From a bacterium (GTDB lineage Bacteria > Auribacterota > Erginobacteria > Erginobacterales > DAOSXE01), in assembly GCA_035380285.1 (NCBI GenBank), contig DAOSXE010000020.1, positions 1 to 57,819 of the forward strand: a stretch of 57,819 bases of DNA, given 5' to 3'. This document shows, piece by piece, positions 48,109 to 57,736 of the stretch (position 1 is its first letter; every line of letters starts with the position of its first letter). Both the position numbers and the translations under genes were made by a program. The notes beneath the pieces are model-generated. The model was not told the origin of the DNA and did not search any database. It saw nothing but the letters and a program-made list of their open reading frames with translations.

Positions 48109-50130
48109 ATGAAGATCGTCCCGATAGTGGCGGCGGTGGCGCTGGGAGCCGTTGGAACCCCGGGCGGGGGGGCTCCCACGCCTCCGCTGGAAACCTACCT
48201 GAGCTACGAGGGCAACCTCCCCCGCTGGTGGTCGGCAGCGCAGGCCGGCTGGCGCTGTTGGGAAGAGGGGAAGGAGGCCGAGGCCGTGGCTCGCTGGGAA
48301 GCGGCCCAGGAAGACGGGTTCCAGGAGAGCCGGGCGTTTTTCCGGATGGGGATCCATTACTACGAGGCGGGGGAATGGGAACGGGCCGCCGTGTACCTGG
48401 CCCGGTCGCGCCCCTGGGTGGAGGCGGAGAGCGGCGATCCCGTCCTCAAGCTCCGCCTCTACCGGTCCCTGGGCCGAGCCCTCGCCGAACTGGGCCGGAT
48501 CGACGAAGCCATGATCAATTACCGCCGGGCACTGGCCCTCGACCCGGCGGACACCGCGGCCCGGGTGGGCCTGGCCGGGCTCTGCCTGCGGCGGGGGATG
48601 ATCGGCGCCGCCGAGAGCGAGGCCGACAAGGTTCTGGAAAACGATCCCGGCAACGCCCGGGCGCTGCTGATCATGGCCCGGGCCGCCGAGCAGGACGGGG
48701 GGTACTCCCGGGCCGCGGGCATCTACCGCCGGATTCTTGCCGCCGACCCCGCGGCGGACGACGCCCGTCTCGCCCTGGGGCGCATTCTCTACTACCGGCT
48801 GGCCGACCCCGCTTCCGCCCGGAAGGAGCTGAAGGAGTACCTCCTCCGCCGTCCGGACGATCCCTCCGCCCTGGCGGTTCTGGCCGAGGCCGACCTCGTC
48901 CTGGGCGACCGGGAGGCGGCCGGCGAGGCCGCCGCCCGCGCGGTGGCCCTCGATCCCCGTTCCTACCGGGGGCTGGTCATCCTCGGGCAGCTGGCCTTCG
49001 GGAAGGGGGAGTACTCAACCGCCCGGGAGTTCTACCGCCGGGCCTGGGAGTCGGACCGGTCCCTGGCCCCGGCCGAGTACGGGCTGGGGATGGTGGCCCT
49101 GCAGGAAGGGAAACTGGTCGAGGCGGAACAGTTCCTCCGCCGCGCCTGCGCCCACGCCCCCGGTTTCGCCGACGCCGAGTACAACCTGGGGGTGGTCTTC
49201 GAACGCGGCGGCCGGACGGAAGAAGCCGAGGGGGTCTTCCGCAAACTGGTCTCCGAGCAGCCCGGGTATTTTCCCGGGCACCTGGCCATGGGCGGCTTGC
49301 TCTACAACCAGCGGCGGATCAAGGACGCGCTGCCCTTTTTCCTCAACGCCGCCGCCCTCGACCGCAACCGCTGGGAACCCTACTACTACGTGGGCAAATG
49401 CCTGATCGACCAGGGCCGCTACCGGCCCGCCCTGGAAGCCCTGGAATCGGCGGCTCGGATCGCTCCCGGTAACGCCTCCGTGCTCACCGATATCGGCGTC
49501 GCCCGGCAGCGCCTCGGAGACCTGGACGCGGCCCGGGAAGCCTTCGCCTCGGCCCTGGAGATCGAACCCGACTCCATCAGGGCCCGGATCGACCTGGCCC
49601 TTCTCGAACAGGAGGCTTCCCGTCCGGGCCGGGCCCGGGAGGAATACCGCCGCGCCCTCATCGTCCGTCCCGGCGACGTGCGCTGGGGGTACGAATACGA
49701 GCCCGGCGACATGCTCCGGGAGCTTTCCGAGGGGCTCAGCCGCCACCTGGCCACCGGCGTCGACTATATCAGCCTCTTCGGCCTGATCGAGAACGTTTCC
49801 CGGGACGATCCGGCTTTTCCGGAGATGGTACCCCTTCTGGAGAAGCTCCTGGTCGAGCACCCGCGCGAGCCCGGATACCCCTATCTGATCGGGCTCTGTT
49901 TCCAGCGTATGAACGACGCTTCCCGGGCCGAGCACTACTTCAGCCGCGCCCTCCAGATCGACCTCGATTTCGCCCCCGCCCACCTCTCCCTGGGGAGGAT
50001 GTACCTACTCCAGGAGCGTTTCCCCGAGGCCCGGGCCCACCTGGAGGCGTTCGTGGCCCTGGTCCCGAGGGGCGAAGCTTCGGACGCGGCCCGCGTCCTC
50101 CTGGAGAGTCTTCCCGACGGCGGGTCCTGA
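48109..50130 (+). CDS. Tetratricopeptide repeat protein (secreted)
   Basis: A signal peptide is followed by multiple TPR-like W-LG-Y-A-F-P repeats along the 673-aa product. Confidence 0.65.
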   Translation: MKIVPIVAAVALGAVGTPGGGAPTPPLETYLSYEGNLPRWWSAAQAGWRCWEEGKEAEAVARWEAAQEDGFQESRAFFRMGIHYYEAGEWERAAVYLARSRPWVEAESGDPVLKLRLYRSLGRALAELGRIDEAMINYRRALALDPADTAARVGLAGLCLRRGMIGAAESEADKVLENDPGNARALLIMARAAEQDGGYSRAAGIYRRILAADPAADDARLALGRILYYRLADPASARKELKEYLLRRPDDPSALAVLAEADLVLGDREAAGEAAARAVALDPRSYRGLVILGQLAFGKGEYSTAREFYRRAWESDRSLAPAEYGLGMVALQEGKLVEAEQFLRRACAHAPGFADAEYNLGVVFERGGRTEEAEGVFRKLVSEQPGYFPGHLAMGGLLYNQRRIKDALPFFLNAAALDRNRWEPYYYVGKCLIDQGRYRPALEALESAARIAPGNASVLTDIGVARQRLGDLDAAREAFASALEIEPDSIRARIDLALLEQEASRPGRAREEYRRALIVRPGDVRWGYEYEPGDMLRELSEGLSRHLATGVDYISLFGLIENVSRDDPAFPEMVPLLEKLLVEHPREPGYPYLIGLCFQRMNDASRAEHYFSRALQIDLDFAPAHLSLGRMYLLQERFPEARAHLEAFVALVPRGEASDAARVLLESLPDGGS

Positions 50131-50228
50131 GCCCGGGGAAAAGGGTTGGAAGCCGCCGGGAGGAGAAGGTAATATCGCCGGAAAAGCCGGGCCCCCCGGC
50201 CGCGGCGGAAAAAAGCAAGGAGCGGAAG

Positions 50229-51572
50229 ATGGCGAAGGAAATTACGATCGGCAACGGCATTCTGGTCACCCTGGGCAAGGAGAACCTGGTGATTCCCCGC
50301 GGCGCGGTCCTGATCCGGGACGGCGTCATCGCCGCGGTGGGGACCGACGCGGAGGTCAGGAAACAGGCGCCGGAGGCCGAGTACGTCGATGCCGCCGGCA
50401 AGGTGATCATGCCCGGCCTGATCAACGCCCACCACCACCTCTACAGCACCTTCGCCCGGGGGATGGCTCCCAAGGACCCGCCGCCCTATACCTTCGTCGA
50501 GGTGTTGGAACGGCTTTGGTGGCCCCTGGACGCCGCCCTGGTCGAAGGCGACCTCTACTACGCGGCCATGCTCCCCCTGATCGACTGCATCAAGCAGGGA
50601 ACGACCTCGATCATCGACCACCACGAGAGCCAGGGCTACCAGATCGGGAGCCTCTCCGAGCTGGCCAAGGCGGTGGACGACTCCGGGATCCGGGGGTGTC
50701 TCTGCCTGGGGATCTCCGACCGTTACGGGAGGGGAGCCGAGGGGATCGAGGAGAACGTCCGTTTCGTCAAGGAGGCCAACTCCGTCCCGGCCACGGCCGC
50801 CCGCCGGGTCTGCGGCATGTTCGGGCTCCACGCCGCCTTTACCGTCGAGGACGAGACCCTGGCCGCGGCGGTCTCCGCCGCCGACCGGCTCGGCGTCGGG
50901 TTCCACACCCACGTGGCCGAAGCCGCCTCCGACGAGGAAGCCAGCCTCGTCCGATACGGTCAGAGGGTCCTGCGGCGGTTGCGGGACAAGGGGGCGCTGG
51001 GGGAGAAGAGCCTGGCCATCCACTGCGTCCACATCGACGGCGAAGAGACGGACATCCTCCTCGAAACCGGGACCGCCGCGGTTCACAACCCCGAGTCGAA
51101 CATGAACAACGCCGTGGGGGTGGCTCCGGTCCTGGAAATGTTCGGCCGCGGGATCGCCGTCGGCCTGGGAACCGACGGCATGACTTCGGATATGCGCTCC
51201 GGCGTCAAGACCGCGTTTTTCCTCCAGCACCTGGCCCAGGAAGATCCGCGGGTGGGGTTCTGCGAATCCTGCAGCCTGCTCCTCGACAACAACCCCGAGA
51301 TCGTCTCCCGCCAGTTCGGCTACCGGGTCGGGGTTCTGGCTCCGGGCGCCGCCGGGGACGTCATCGTGGTCGACTACACCGCGCCCACCCCCCTCGACGG
51401 GAACACCTGGCTGGGGCACTTCCTCTTCGGGATCTGTTGCGGCGCCGCGGTCGATACCACCGTGGTCGGCGGCAAGGTCCTGATGCGGGGGAAGAAGCTC
51501 ACCCTGCTGGACGAGGAAGCCCTGGCGGCCCGGTGCCGGGAACGGGCCCGGGCCTTCTACGGCCGCTTCTGA
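50229..51572 (+). CDS. Amidohydrolase family protein (SsnA/MtaD-like chlorohydrolase/aminohydrolase)
   Basis: The metal-binding HHH motif INAHHHL and the HxH...H...D pattern are present. The product is 447 aa. Confidence 0.6.
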   Translation: MAKEITIGNGILVTLGKENLVIPRGAVLIRDGVIAAVGTDAEVRKQAPEAEYVDAAGKVIMPGLINAHHHLYSTFARGMAPKDPPPYTFVEVLERLWWPLDAALVEGDLYYAAMLPLIDCIKQGTTSIIDHHESQGYQIGSLSELAKAVDDSGIRGCLCLGISDRYGRGAEGIEENVRFVKEANSVPATAARRVCGMFGLHAAFTVEDETLAAAVSAADRLGVGFHTHVAEAASDEEASLVRYGQRVLRRLRDKGALGEKSLAIHCVHIDGEETDILLETGTAAVHNPESNMNNAVGVAPVLEMFGRGIAVGLGTDGMTSDMRSGVKTAFFLQHLAQEDPRVGFCESCSLLLDNNPEIVSRQFGYRVGVLAPGAAGDVIVVDYTAPTPLDGNTWLGHFLFGICCGAAVDTTVVGGKVLMRGKKLTLLDEEALAARCRERARAFYGRF

Positions 51573-51579
51573 GCGGAGG

Positions 51580-52380
51580 TCACTCCTCCTCGGCCTTGCG
51601 CCACTCCGCCTTGAATTCGGGGATGGGCGGGGTCCGGCGCTTATGCCGGGTGGCGCGGACCATCGACCTGACGGTGTCGATGTCGTCGGGGAAGAACCCT
51701 TCCTGGAGCAGGCTCTGCCTTCCCAGGTGCAGGTCGATCATGCAGTAGAGGATGCTGTCCAGGAACTGGTAGGTGAACCCCAGTTCGCCCTCGTCGGTCT
51801 GGCCCTGCCAGAGCCCGGCGGTCGGGGTCCGGTTGGCCAGGTGGCGGGGAATCCCGATCGAGACCGCCAGCTGCCTGACCTCGGTTTTATAGAGGCACCC
51901 GATCGGTTCCACGTCCACGCCCCCGTCGCCGTACTTGGTGAAGTAGCCCATGTAGTACTCGGTCCGGTTGCCGGTGCCCAGGACGAGGGCGTTGTGGTAG
52001 GAAGCCCAGTCGTAGAGGATGCTCATCCGTTCCCGGGCCATCTTGTTCCCCTTGCGCATGACGCTGGCGCGGGAAAAGTGTTCGAAATAGGCGTCGATCA
52101 TGGGGGCGATGTCGATGGTGCGGGTGTGGATTCCGAAAAGGTCCGCCAGTTCCTGGGCGTCGCGGATATCCTCGGGGCGCCCCGCCCGGTAGGGGAGGAG
52201 GAGCCCGATGACGTTGGAACTGCCCATGGCTCTGACCGCCAGGGCGCCGATCGTGGCCGAATCGATCCCGCCGGAAAGGCCGACGACGGCTTTTTCCTTG
52301 CCCGAGCGCTCCACGGCGCGGCGGATGAAGGAGACCAGGTGTTCCTCGACTTTCCAGGTGTCGATGACGGGCGTTTTCAT
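51580..52380 (-). CDS. nadE: NH3-dependent NAD+ synthetase
   Basis: The PP-loop is SGGIDS. The product is 266 aa. Confidence 0.8.
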   Translation of the reverse strand: MKTPVIDTWKVEEHLVSFIRRAVERSGKEKAVVGLSGGIDSATIGALAVRAMGSSNVIGLLLPYRAGRPEDIRDAQELADLFGIHTRTIDIAPMIDAYFEHFSRASVMRKGNKMARERMSILYDWASYHNALVLGTGNRTEYYMGYFTKYGDGGVDVEPIGCLYKTEVRQLAVSIGIPRHLANRTPTAGLWQGQTDEGELGFTYQFLDSILYCMIDLHLGRQSLLQEGFFPDDIDTVRSMVRATRHKRRTPPIPEFKAEWRKAEEE

Positions 52381-52454
52381 GCTCTAACAATAACGGGCGC
52401 GCCGCCGGGGACAAGCAAAATATTGCCTTTACACGTAGGCCCCCGTCCGCCGGA

Positions 52455-52940
52455 TCAGGGGCTTCCCGGGGCGTCGGGTTTCTCTCCATAGGGAGTTTTC
52501 GGTTCCGCGGCCCGGGGAAGTTCCGCGGGGCCCGGTTCCGGAAAGGGGACGACTTTTTTCCCCGCCCGCTCCAGGAGCCGTCGCGCTTCTTCCCTCAAGC
52601 CGGGGGGAGCGGCGGCGGCGGATTCCGCCTCCTTCGCTTCCGCGGCGGCGCGCCGGGCGCCCGCCGCCAGGAGCCGGCAGCGGCCGCAGCCGCGCAGGTG
52701 CGCTTCCACCTCCCGGACCCGCGCCGTACCGGCCGTGCCGTCGGCCGCTCCCAGGATGACCTCGAGGGCGGGGCAGTCGGGGCCGGGCGGCTCTTCCGGC
52801 GCGCGGGCGGCCTCCAGGGTCAGCGCCCGGCTCCGGCAGGCGGGGCAGTCCCGCAGGTGCGCCGCGACCTCGCGGGCGGCTGCGGGGCCGCTCTCCCCGT
52901 CCAGGAAAGCCGAAAGCACTCGATCGGGGGGGCAATTCAT
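52455..52940 (-). CDS. Putative zinc-finger anti-sigma factor
   Basis: The N-terminal zf-HC2-like motif (H..DCPAC) is present. It is immediately downstream of the ECF sigma factor. Confidence 0.45.
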   Translation of the reverse strand: MNCPPDRVLSAFLDGESGPAAAREVAAHLRDCPACRSRALTLEAARAPEEPPGPDCPALEVILGAADGTAGTARVREVEAHLRGCGRCRLLAAGARRAAAEAKEAESAAAAPPGLREEARRLLERAGKKVVPFPEPGPAELPRAAEPKTPYGEKPDAPGSP

Positions 52941-52980
52941 GAGCTTGGTCCTCGCTTAAACAGTCGCTCTGGCGTCGTAT

Positions 52981-53529
52981 TTATTCCCATACATCCTCCA
53001 CGGAGTCGATCCCGCGCCGGCGCAGGGACGCCCCCATCCGGCGTTTTCCTTCCAGCAGGAGCTTCCCCACCTGGCCCGCGTTCAGCCGGATCCCTTCCCG
53101 TCCCAGCTCTTCCGCTATTTCCCGGTAGCGGTAACCGGCCATCCACAGCCGCAGCGCCTTCTCCTGGCGCGGGGGCAGGGAGGAGAGGGCGTCTTCGATC
53201 ATCTCCCGCGCCTGCCGCCTCGCCGGGGCGCGCCCGGCGGCGGGATCGGCGGGTTCGAAGGCGGGGCCGTCCTCGTCCCCGCCCGCCCCCATCTCCTCCA
53301 GCGAGGCCTCCCGCCGGCGGCGGAAGAAATCGGCGCAGCGCCGCCGGGCGACGGCGGCGATCCAGGTCGCCGGCCGGCAGTTCCCCTGGAAGGAAGGCCA
53401 GCCCCGGATGACGGCTTCCCAGATCTCCATGAAAAGGTCCCGGGCGTCTTCTTCGAGGAGCCGGTTCCCCCTGACCACGTACCAGATCACCCTGGAATAG
53501 GTTTCGACATTGGCTTCCAGTTCGCTCAT
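52981..53529 (-). CDS. RNA polymerase ECF-type sigma-70 factor
   Basis: Sigma regions 2 and 4 are present (…REIAEELGREGIRLNAGQVGKLLLEGKRRM is the region 4 HTH). The start is the ATG at 53529; upstream codons of the listed ORF are low-complexity. Confidence 0.65.
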   Translation of the reverse strand: MSELEANVETYSRVIWYVVRGNRLLEEDARDLFMEIWEAVIRGWPSFQGNCRPATWIAAVARRRCADFFRRRREASLEEMGAGGDEDGPAFEPADPAAGRAPARRQAREMIEDALSSLPPRQEKALRLWMAGYRYREIAEELGREGIRLNAGQVGKLLLEGKRRMGASLRRRGIDSVEDVWE

Positions 53530-53583
53530 CGTCCCGGTACCATAATCATAACCGGTCGGTTCGAAAACGCCAGGGAGGATCGC

Positions 53584-54099
53584 ATGGAAACCGTACGCCG
53601 CGCCTTGCTCCGCGCCGAGGCTCGGAGCACCTGCCGCAACATCCGTCTGGCCGCCGTGATCGAGACCCCCTCCGGGCGCCTGGTCGAGGGCTGGAACGGG
53701 CCTCCCGAGCGCTGCGGCCCGCACCCGGCCTGCCGGTTGGGCGGTCCGATCACTCCCGCCAACCTCCGGCTCTGTCCCGGGGTCCACGCCGAGGTCCGCG
53801 CGCTCTGCCGGGCGGCGGCGCGGGGCGTGGCCGTCGAGGGGGGAACGCTCTATCTCAGCCGCTGGTTCCCCTGCGCCCCCTGCGCCCGGGCCCTGATCGA
53901 AGCCGGAATCGTCCGTCTGGTGGTGACGGAGAAACTCTCCCTGGCCAAGGACGATTGCTACAACTTCGTACTGGCCGAGGAACTGCTGGGGGCCGCCGGG
54001 GTGGAGACGGTGATCGATCCCGGTTTACTCGAATTCGGCCAGGAGGAAGGTGTGGTCCGAGGGCCGCTCTCCCAGCCGGGGTTCCAGGTCGATCCATGA
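53584..54099 (+). CDS. dCMP deaminase family protein (ComEB-like)
   Basis: HAEVRAL...PCAPCARAL is the zinc-binding deaminase signature. The 3' end overlaps xth by 75 nt. Confidence 0.55.
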   Translation: METVRRALLRAEARSTCRNIRLAAVIETPSGRLVEGWNGPPERCGPHPACRLGGPITPANLRLCPGVHAEVRALCRAAARGVAVEGGTLYLSRWFPCAPCARALIEAGIVRLVVTEKLSLAKDDCYNFVLAEELLGAAGVETVIDPGLLEFGQEEGVVRGPLSQPGFQVDP

Positions 54100-54795
54100 G
54101 CCCCGGCAGCGCCGGGCCAGGGCCGGAGCGGCCATGATGTAGTCGATCCGCCAGCCCATCCGCCGCTTGAGCAGCCAGGGGGTCCGGTAGTCGAAAAAGG
54201 TGTAGAGCCGCTCCTCGGGGTGGTTGCTGCGGAAGCAGTCCTCGAAACCCCAGGCGATGACGTTTTCCAGGGCGTCCCGGGCCCGGGGGTGGTAACAGAC
54301 GTTGTCGGCTTCGCCCTCGGGGTCGAAGACGTCCAGGGGGAGGCGGGCGACGTTGAAGTCCCCCGCCCAGGCCAGTGGCCGGTCCGGGGAAAAGGTGCGG
54401 TCGAACCACCGCCGCAGCCGCGCCAGCCACTCCAGCTTGAAGCGGAACATCTCGTGTTCCGGAGCCCGGCCCTGGGGGACGTAGGTGTTGACCACGCTCA
54501 CCCCCCCGAAGTCGGCCCGGATCAGCCGGCTCCCCTCGTCCTTCCCCTCCCCGTCGAACCCGTAGGAGACCAGCTCCGGCGTTTCCCGGGAGACGATCGC
54601 CACCCCGTTGTAGGTCTTCTCCCCTCGGAAGGCGACCTGCCAGCCGGCTTTCTCGAACTCCGCCCGGGGGAAGTCCTCGTCCCGGACCTTGGTCTCCTGG
54701 AGGGCGAGGACGTCGGGGCGATGCTCCTCCAGCCAGGCCAGGACCGTCGGCAGCCGGGCCCGGATGGAGTTGACGTTGAAGGTGGCGACGAGCAT
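54025..54795 (-). CDS. xth: Exodeoxyribonuclease III
   Basis: It is collinear with the Xth/APE1 fold (MLVATFNVNSIRARL, LALQETK, C-terminal SDH). The start is the ATG at 54795. Confidence 0.85.
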   Translation of the reverse strand: MLVATFNVNSIRARLPTVLAWLEEHRPDVLALQETKVRDEDFPRAEFEKAGWQVAFRGEKTYNGVAIVSRETPELVSYGFDGEGKDEGSRLIRADFGGVSVVNTYVPQGRAPEHEMFRFKLEWLARLRRWFDRTFSPDRPLAWAGDFNVARLPLDVFDPEGEADNVCYHPRARDALENVIAWGFEDCFRSNHPEERLYTFFDYRTPWLLKRRMGWRIDYIMAAPALARRCRGSWIDLEPRLGERPSDHTFLLAEFE

Positions 54796-54857
54796 GAGGG
54801 CATTGTCGGCCGCCCCCGGGCCCCTGTCAAGGAGACCCCGGGGTAGACATGGAAGGA

Positions 54858-54969
54858 AGCATGGAGCATGGGGCATAGAGCATAGAGCATAGAGAATAGA
54901 GAAAAACTGCCACGGACCCCTTTGGGTTCAGGGCGGAGGGGTTCCCCTCTATGCCCCATGCTCCATGCT
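54858..54969. repeat. Perfect 23-bp inverted repeat (arms 54858..54880 and 54947..54969) with a 66-nt loop that carries tandem CATAGAG heptamers
   Basis: The left arm AGCATGGAGCATGGGGCATAGAG is the exact reverse complement of the right arm. The right arm encodes the last six codons and stop of the alcohol dehydrogenase gene. The loop begins CATAGAGCATAGAGAATAGAG. Confidence 0.8.
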
Positions 54970-56136
54970 CTCTGCTCCCCCCGCGCAGCGTTCCAGGACC
55001 CGGCGGGCCACGTCGGGGGTGACGCCGCCCCGTTCCCCCAGCTTGACCATGCCGTGGGCTTCCAGTTGGGCCAGGAGGGCGGGGACGGCGTCGGGCCCGA
55101 TCCCGTAGTCGCCCAGCCGGGTCTGCACCCCCATCCGCTCGAAGAACTCCCGGGTGGCGGCGATGGCGGCGGAGACGGCCTCCTCCTCGTCCGCTCCCTC
55201 GATCCCCCAGACCCGGCGGGCGTACTGGAGGAGTTTTTCGCGTTTCTGCTCCCGGCGCACTTCGAGCATGGCCGGGAGCACCACGGCCAGGGTCTGGCCG
55301 TGGTCGAGGCCGTGGAGCGCCGTGATCTCGTGGCCGACCATGTGAGTGGCCCAGTCCTGCGGCACCCCGGCCCCGATCAGGCCGTTCAGGCCCAGGGTGG
55401 CGCACCACATCAGGTTGGCGCGGACCTCGTAGTTCTCGGGATCGGCCAGGGCCTTGGGCCCTTCCTCGATCAGGGTGAGCAGCAGGCCCTCGGAGAAGCG
55501 GTCCTGGACCTTGCCCCCCACCGGGTAGGTCAGGTACTGCTCGGCGATATGGACGAAGGTGTCGATCACCCCGTTGGCGGTCTGCCGGGGCGGGAGGGTG
55601 TAGGTCACGGTCGGGTCGAGGACGGAAAAGCGGGGATAGACCGCCGGGTTCATGAAGGGGAGCTTGCTTTTGGTGGATTCGCGGGTGACGACCGAGCCGC
55701 AGTTCATCTCCGACCCGGTGGCCGGCAGCGTCAGGACCGTCCCCAGGGGGAGGGCGGAGCGCACGGCCGCCCCTCGGGTCTCCATGATCTTCCAGGGATC
55801 GCCCTCGAAGGGCGCGGCGGCGGCGACGAACTTGGTCCCGTCCACGACCGAGCCCCCGCCCACCGCCAGCAGGAAATCGATCCCGTCGGAGCGGACCAGT
55901 TCCACCGCTTTCACCAGGGTCTCGAAACGGGGGTTGGGCTCGATCCCGCCGAACTCGGCCGGGGCGCAACCGTCCAGGGCCTCCCTGACCCGGTCGAGGA
56001 CGCCGTTTTTCTTGACGCTCCCGCCGCCGTAGAGGATCAGCACCCGGGCGTTTTCGGGGATCTCCCCGGCCAGGTCGGCGATCCGGCCCTTCCCGAACAG
56101 GATCTTGGTGGGGTTGTAAAACGTGAAGTTCAGCAT
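54949..56136 (-). CDS. Iron-containing (group III) alcohol dehydrogenase
   Basis: The Fe-ADH motifs GGGSVVDGTK and the His-rich metal site HMVGHEITALHGLDHG are present. Confidence 0.8.
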   Translation of the reverse strand: MLNFTFYNPTKILFGKGRIADLAGEIPENARVLILYGGGSVKKNGVLDRVREALDGCAPAEFGGIEPNPRFETLVKAVELVRSDGIDFLLAVGGGSVVDGTKFVAAAAPFEGDPWKIMETRGAAVRSALPLGTVLTLPATGSEMNCGSVVTRESTKSKLPFMNPAVYPRFSVLDPTVTYTLPPRQTANGVIDTFVHIAEQYLTYPVGGKVQDRFSEGLLLTLIEEGPKALADPENYEVRANLMWCATLGLNGLIGAGVPQDWATHMVGHEITALHGLDHGQTLAVVLPAMLEVRREQKREKLLQYARRVWGIEGADEEEAVSAAIAATREFFERMGVQTRLGDYGIGPDAVPALLAQLEAHGMVKLGERGGVTPDVARRVLERCAGGAESMEHGA

Positions 56137-56141
56137 GGTTT

Positions 56142-56768
56142 TTATCCTCCGGGGTTTCCGGTTTCAGCTGTGGGCGGCGCGCGGAAGATTTGCAGGTAGA
56201 AATACTTTCCCAGTTCGACGACGGGCTCGGGGGCGAGGGCCAGCCGCGCTTGGAGTTCCTCCGGCGAAAGTCGCCGGGCCAGGGGAGGGCCGAAAGGGCT
56301 TTCGCGCTTGACGATCTCGACCACGGCCAGGAAGCCGCCCGGGGCCAGGAGCCGGTCGATCTCGGCCGCGAAACCAGCGAACTGCTCCGGCGAGAACCCG
56401 TGGACCACGGTGCAGAGGTAGACGAGATCGAAGGCCCCGCCGGGCAGGCCGGTCGGGGCCGTGATGTCCGCCGCCAGCGCGATCAGGCCGTCGCTCTCGG
56501 TTTCCCGCCGGAGCCGGTCGATCGCGGCCTCGTCCGGGTCGAGAGCGTAGACTCTGCCGGCCGGGCCGACCCGGCGCAGGAACTCCTTGGCCATGTAGCC
56601 GTTCCCGCAGCCGGCGTCGAGTACCGTCTGCCCCGGCCCCAGGGGCAGGGCGTCCAGGATCTTCTCCTTGTCCAGGACGCTCTCCGAGGACTTCCCCCGG
56701 TGGTGGTGGCGTCCCTCGCCGCCCTGTTCGTACGCGATGATGTCCCGGTAATCCCTTGGTTCGTCCAT
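56142..56768 (-). CDS. Class I SAM-dependent methyltransferase
   Basis: VLDAGCGNGYMA is methyltransferase motif I. Confidence 0.65.
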   Translation of the reverse strand: MDEPRDYRDIIAYEQGGEGRHHHRGKSSESVLDKEKILDALPLGPGQTVLDAGCGNGYMAKEFLRRVGPAGRVYALDPDEAAIDRLRRETESDGLIALAADITAPTGLPGGAFDLVYLCTVVHGFSPEQFAGFAAEIDRLLAPGGFLAVVEIVKRESPFGPPLARRLSPEELQARLALAPEPVVELGKYFYLQIFRAPPTAETGNPGG

Positions 56769-56942
56769 CGTCGTTCCCTTCAGTTTTTCCGGCGGGTTCC
56801 CCCGTTCGCCCGTCCGGCCCCGGGCGACAACTATACCACCGGGAACGACCTCGGCCCAGGCCCGAGAGCAGCGTTTGCTTACCCGGTAACGGCAGCGGAG
56901 GGTATACTGACGGTGAAATGCCGGAGAACGCGGGAGGGCGGT

Positions 56943-57545
56943 ATGCGGCGTACGGTCCGGTCATACGAGTGGGAACGGGTAACTGCGGCGGCCGTGGCCG
57001 CGGCCCTGGTCCTGGGGTGTGCCGCCCATCGGGTCAGGTTCACTTCCGAGCCGGACGGCGTGGCGGTCAGGGTAGCCGGGGAGGAATATCGGACGCCGTG
57101 TCTGGTGACCGTTCCCGACGGTGTCGAGGAAGTGGGGATCGTGAGCCCGGCGGGCGAGCTGGTAACGGTCGAAATCCCCGCGCCCGGCACGGTCTGGGAC
57201 CGGACCGGATCGATGGTGGGGAAAGGCTGCGCCTACGTTTTATACGGGATATCCGTGCCCTGCATGGTGGTCGGCGCCGTCGGCGTCGCCTGGTTGAATT
57301 CGATGCAGGACGGGACCGGCTGGGAGTACGCTCTCGAGGGGGGGAATGTATATCAGGTGATTATCCTGGGCGGTTCGGCCGTGGCCTACGTGGTGGGGTT
57401 GCCGATGTATTCCGCCGCCGAGTACCTGGATGAAGCGTCGGACCTGGAAGACCCGACGGTCCACGTGATCTTCCCGGCGGCGCTTCGGATCCAAGGTAAG
57501 ACTCCCGCGCCGGGGGAGGATGCCCCTTCGGTCCCGCCTCCCTGA
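56943..57545 (+). CDS. Lipoprotein with a PEGA-like domain (hypothetical)
   Basis: The ATG has a GGGAGGG SD. A signal peptide with lipobox LVLGC is followed by VRFTSEPDGVAVRVAGEEYRTPCLVTVPDG, which resembles a PEGA domain. Confidence 0.35.
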   Translation: MRRTVRSYEWERVTAAAVAAALVLGCAAHRVRFTSEPDGVAVRVAGEEYRTPCLVTVPDGVEEVGIVSPAGELVTVEIPAPGTVWDRTGSMVGKGCAYVLYGISVPCMVVGAVGVAWLNSMQDGTGWEYALEGGNVYQVIILGGSAVAYVVGLPMYSAAEYLDEASDLEDPTVHVIFPAALRIQGKTPAPGEDAPSVPPP

Positions 57546-57736
57546 CATGGGGCGCGACAGTGCTTGAATCTGGGAAGATCCGAGAAGGTGAAACCAGGGG
57601 AAAAAGCGACGAGAAAGTGAGTGCCCCGACCCTGGGCCCGGAGAAATCTCCTCTTCAGGCTGGTCCGCACCCGCAAAGCGGGAGTAAAATATATAGAGCG
57701 AGGTTTGTCGGTTCAGTTACCCAAGGAGGTTCGGCA

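Noticed and set aside
50131-50228. A GCCGGG-ccc-CCCGGC hairpin after the TPR gene as an intrinsic terminator
   Set aside because: It has only a 6-bp stem and is followed by an A-run rather than a T-run on the coding strand, so it is not a convincing rho-independent terminator.
54522-54959. Small ORFs (MGHRGEPL..., MGSGRRGSPLCPMLHAL...) that read through the inverted repeat region
   Set aside because: Their peptide repeats (MLYALCPMLHA and similar) only reflect translation of the CATAGAG/inverted-repeat DNA. They overlap xth and adh, and there is no independent coding support.
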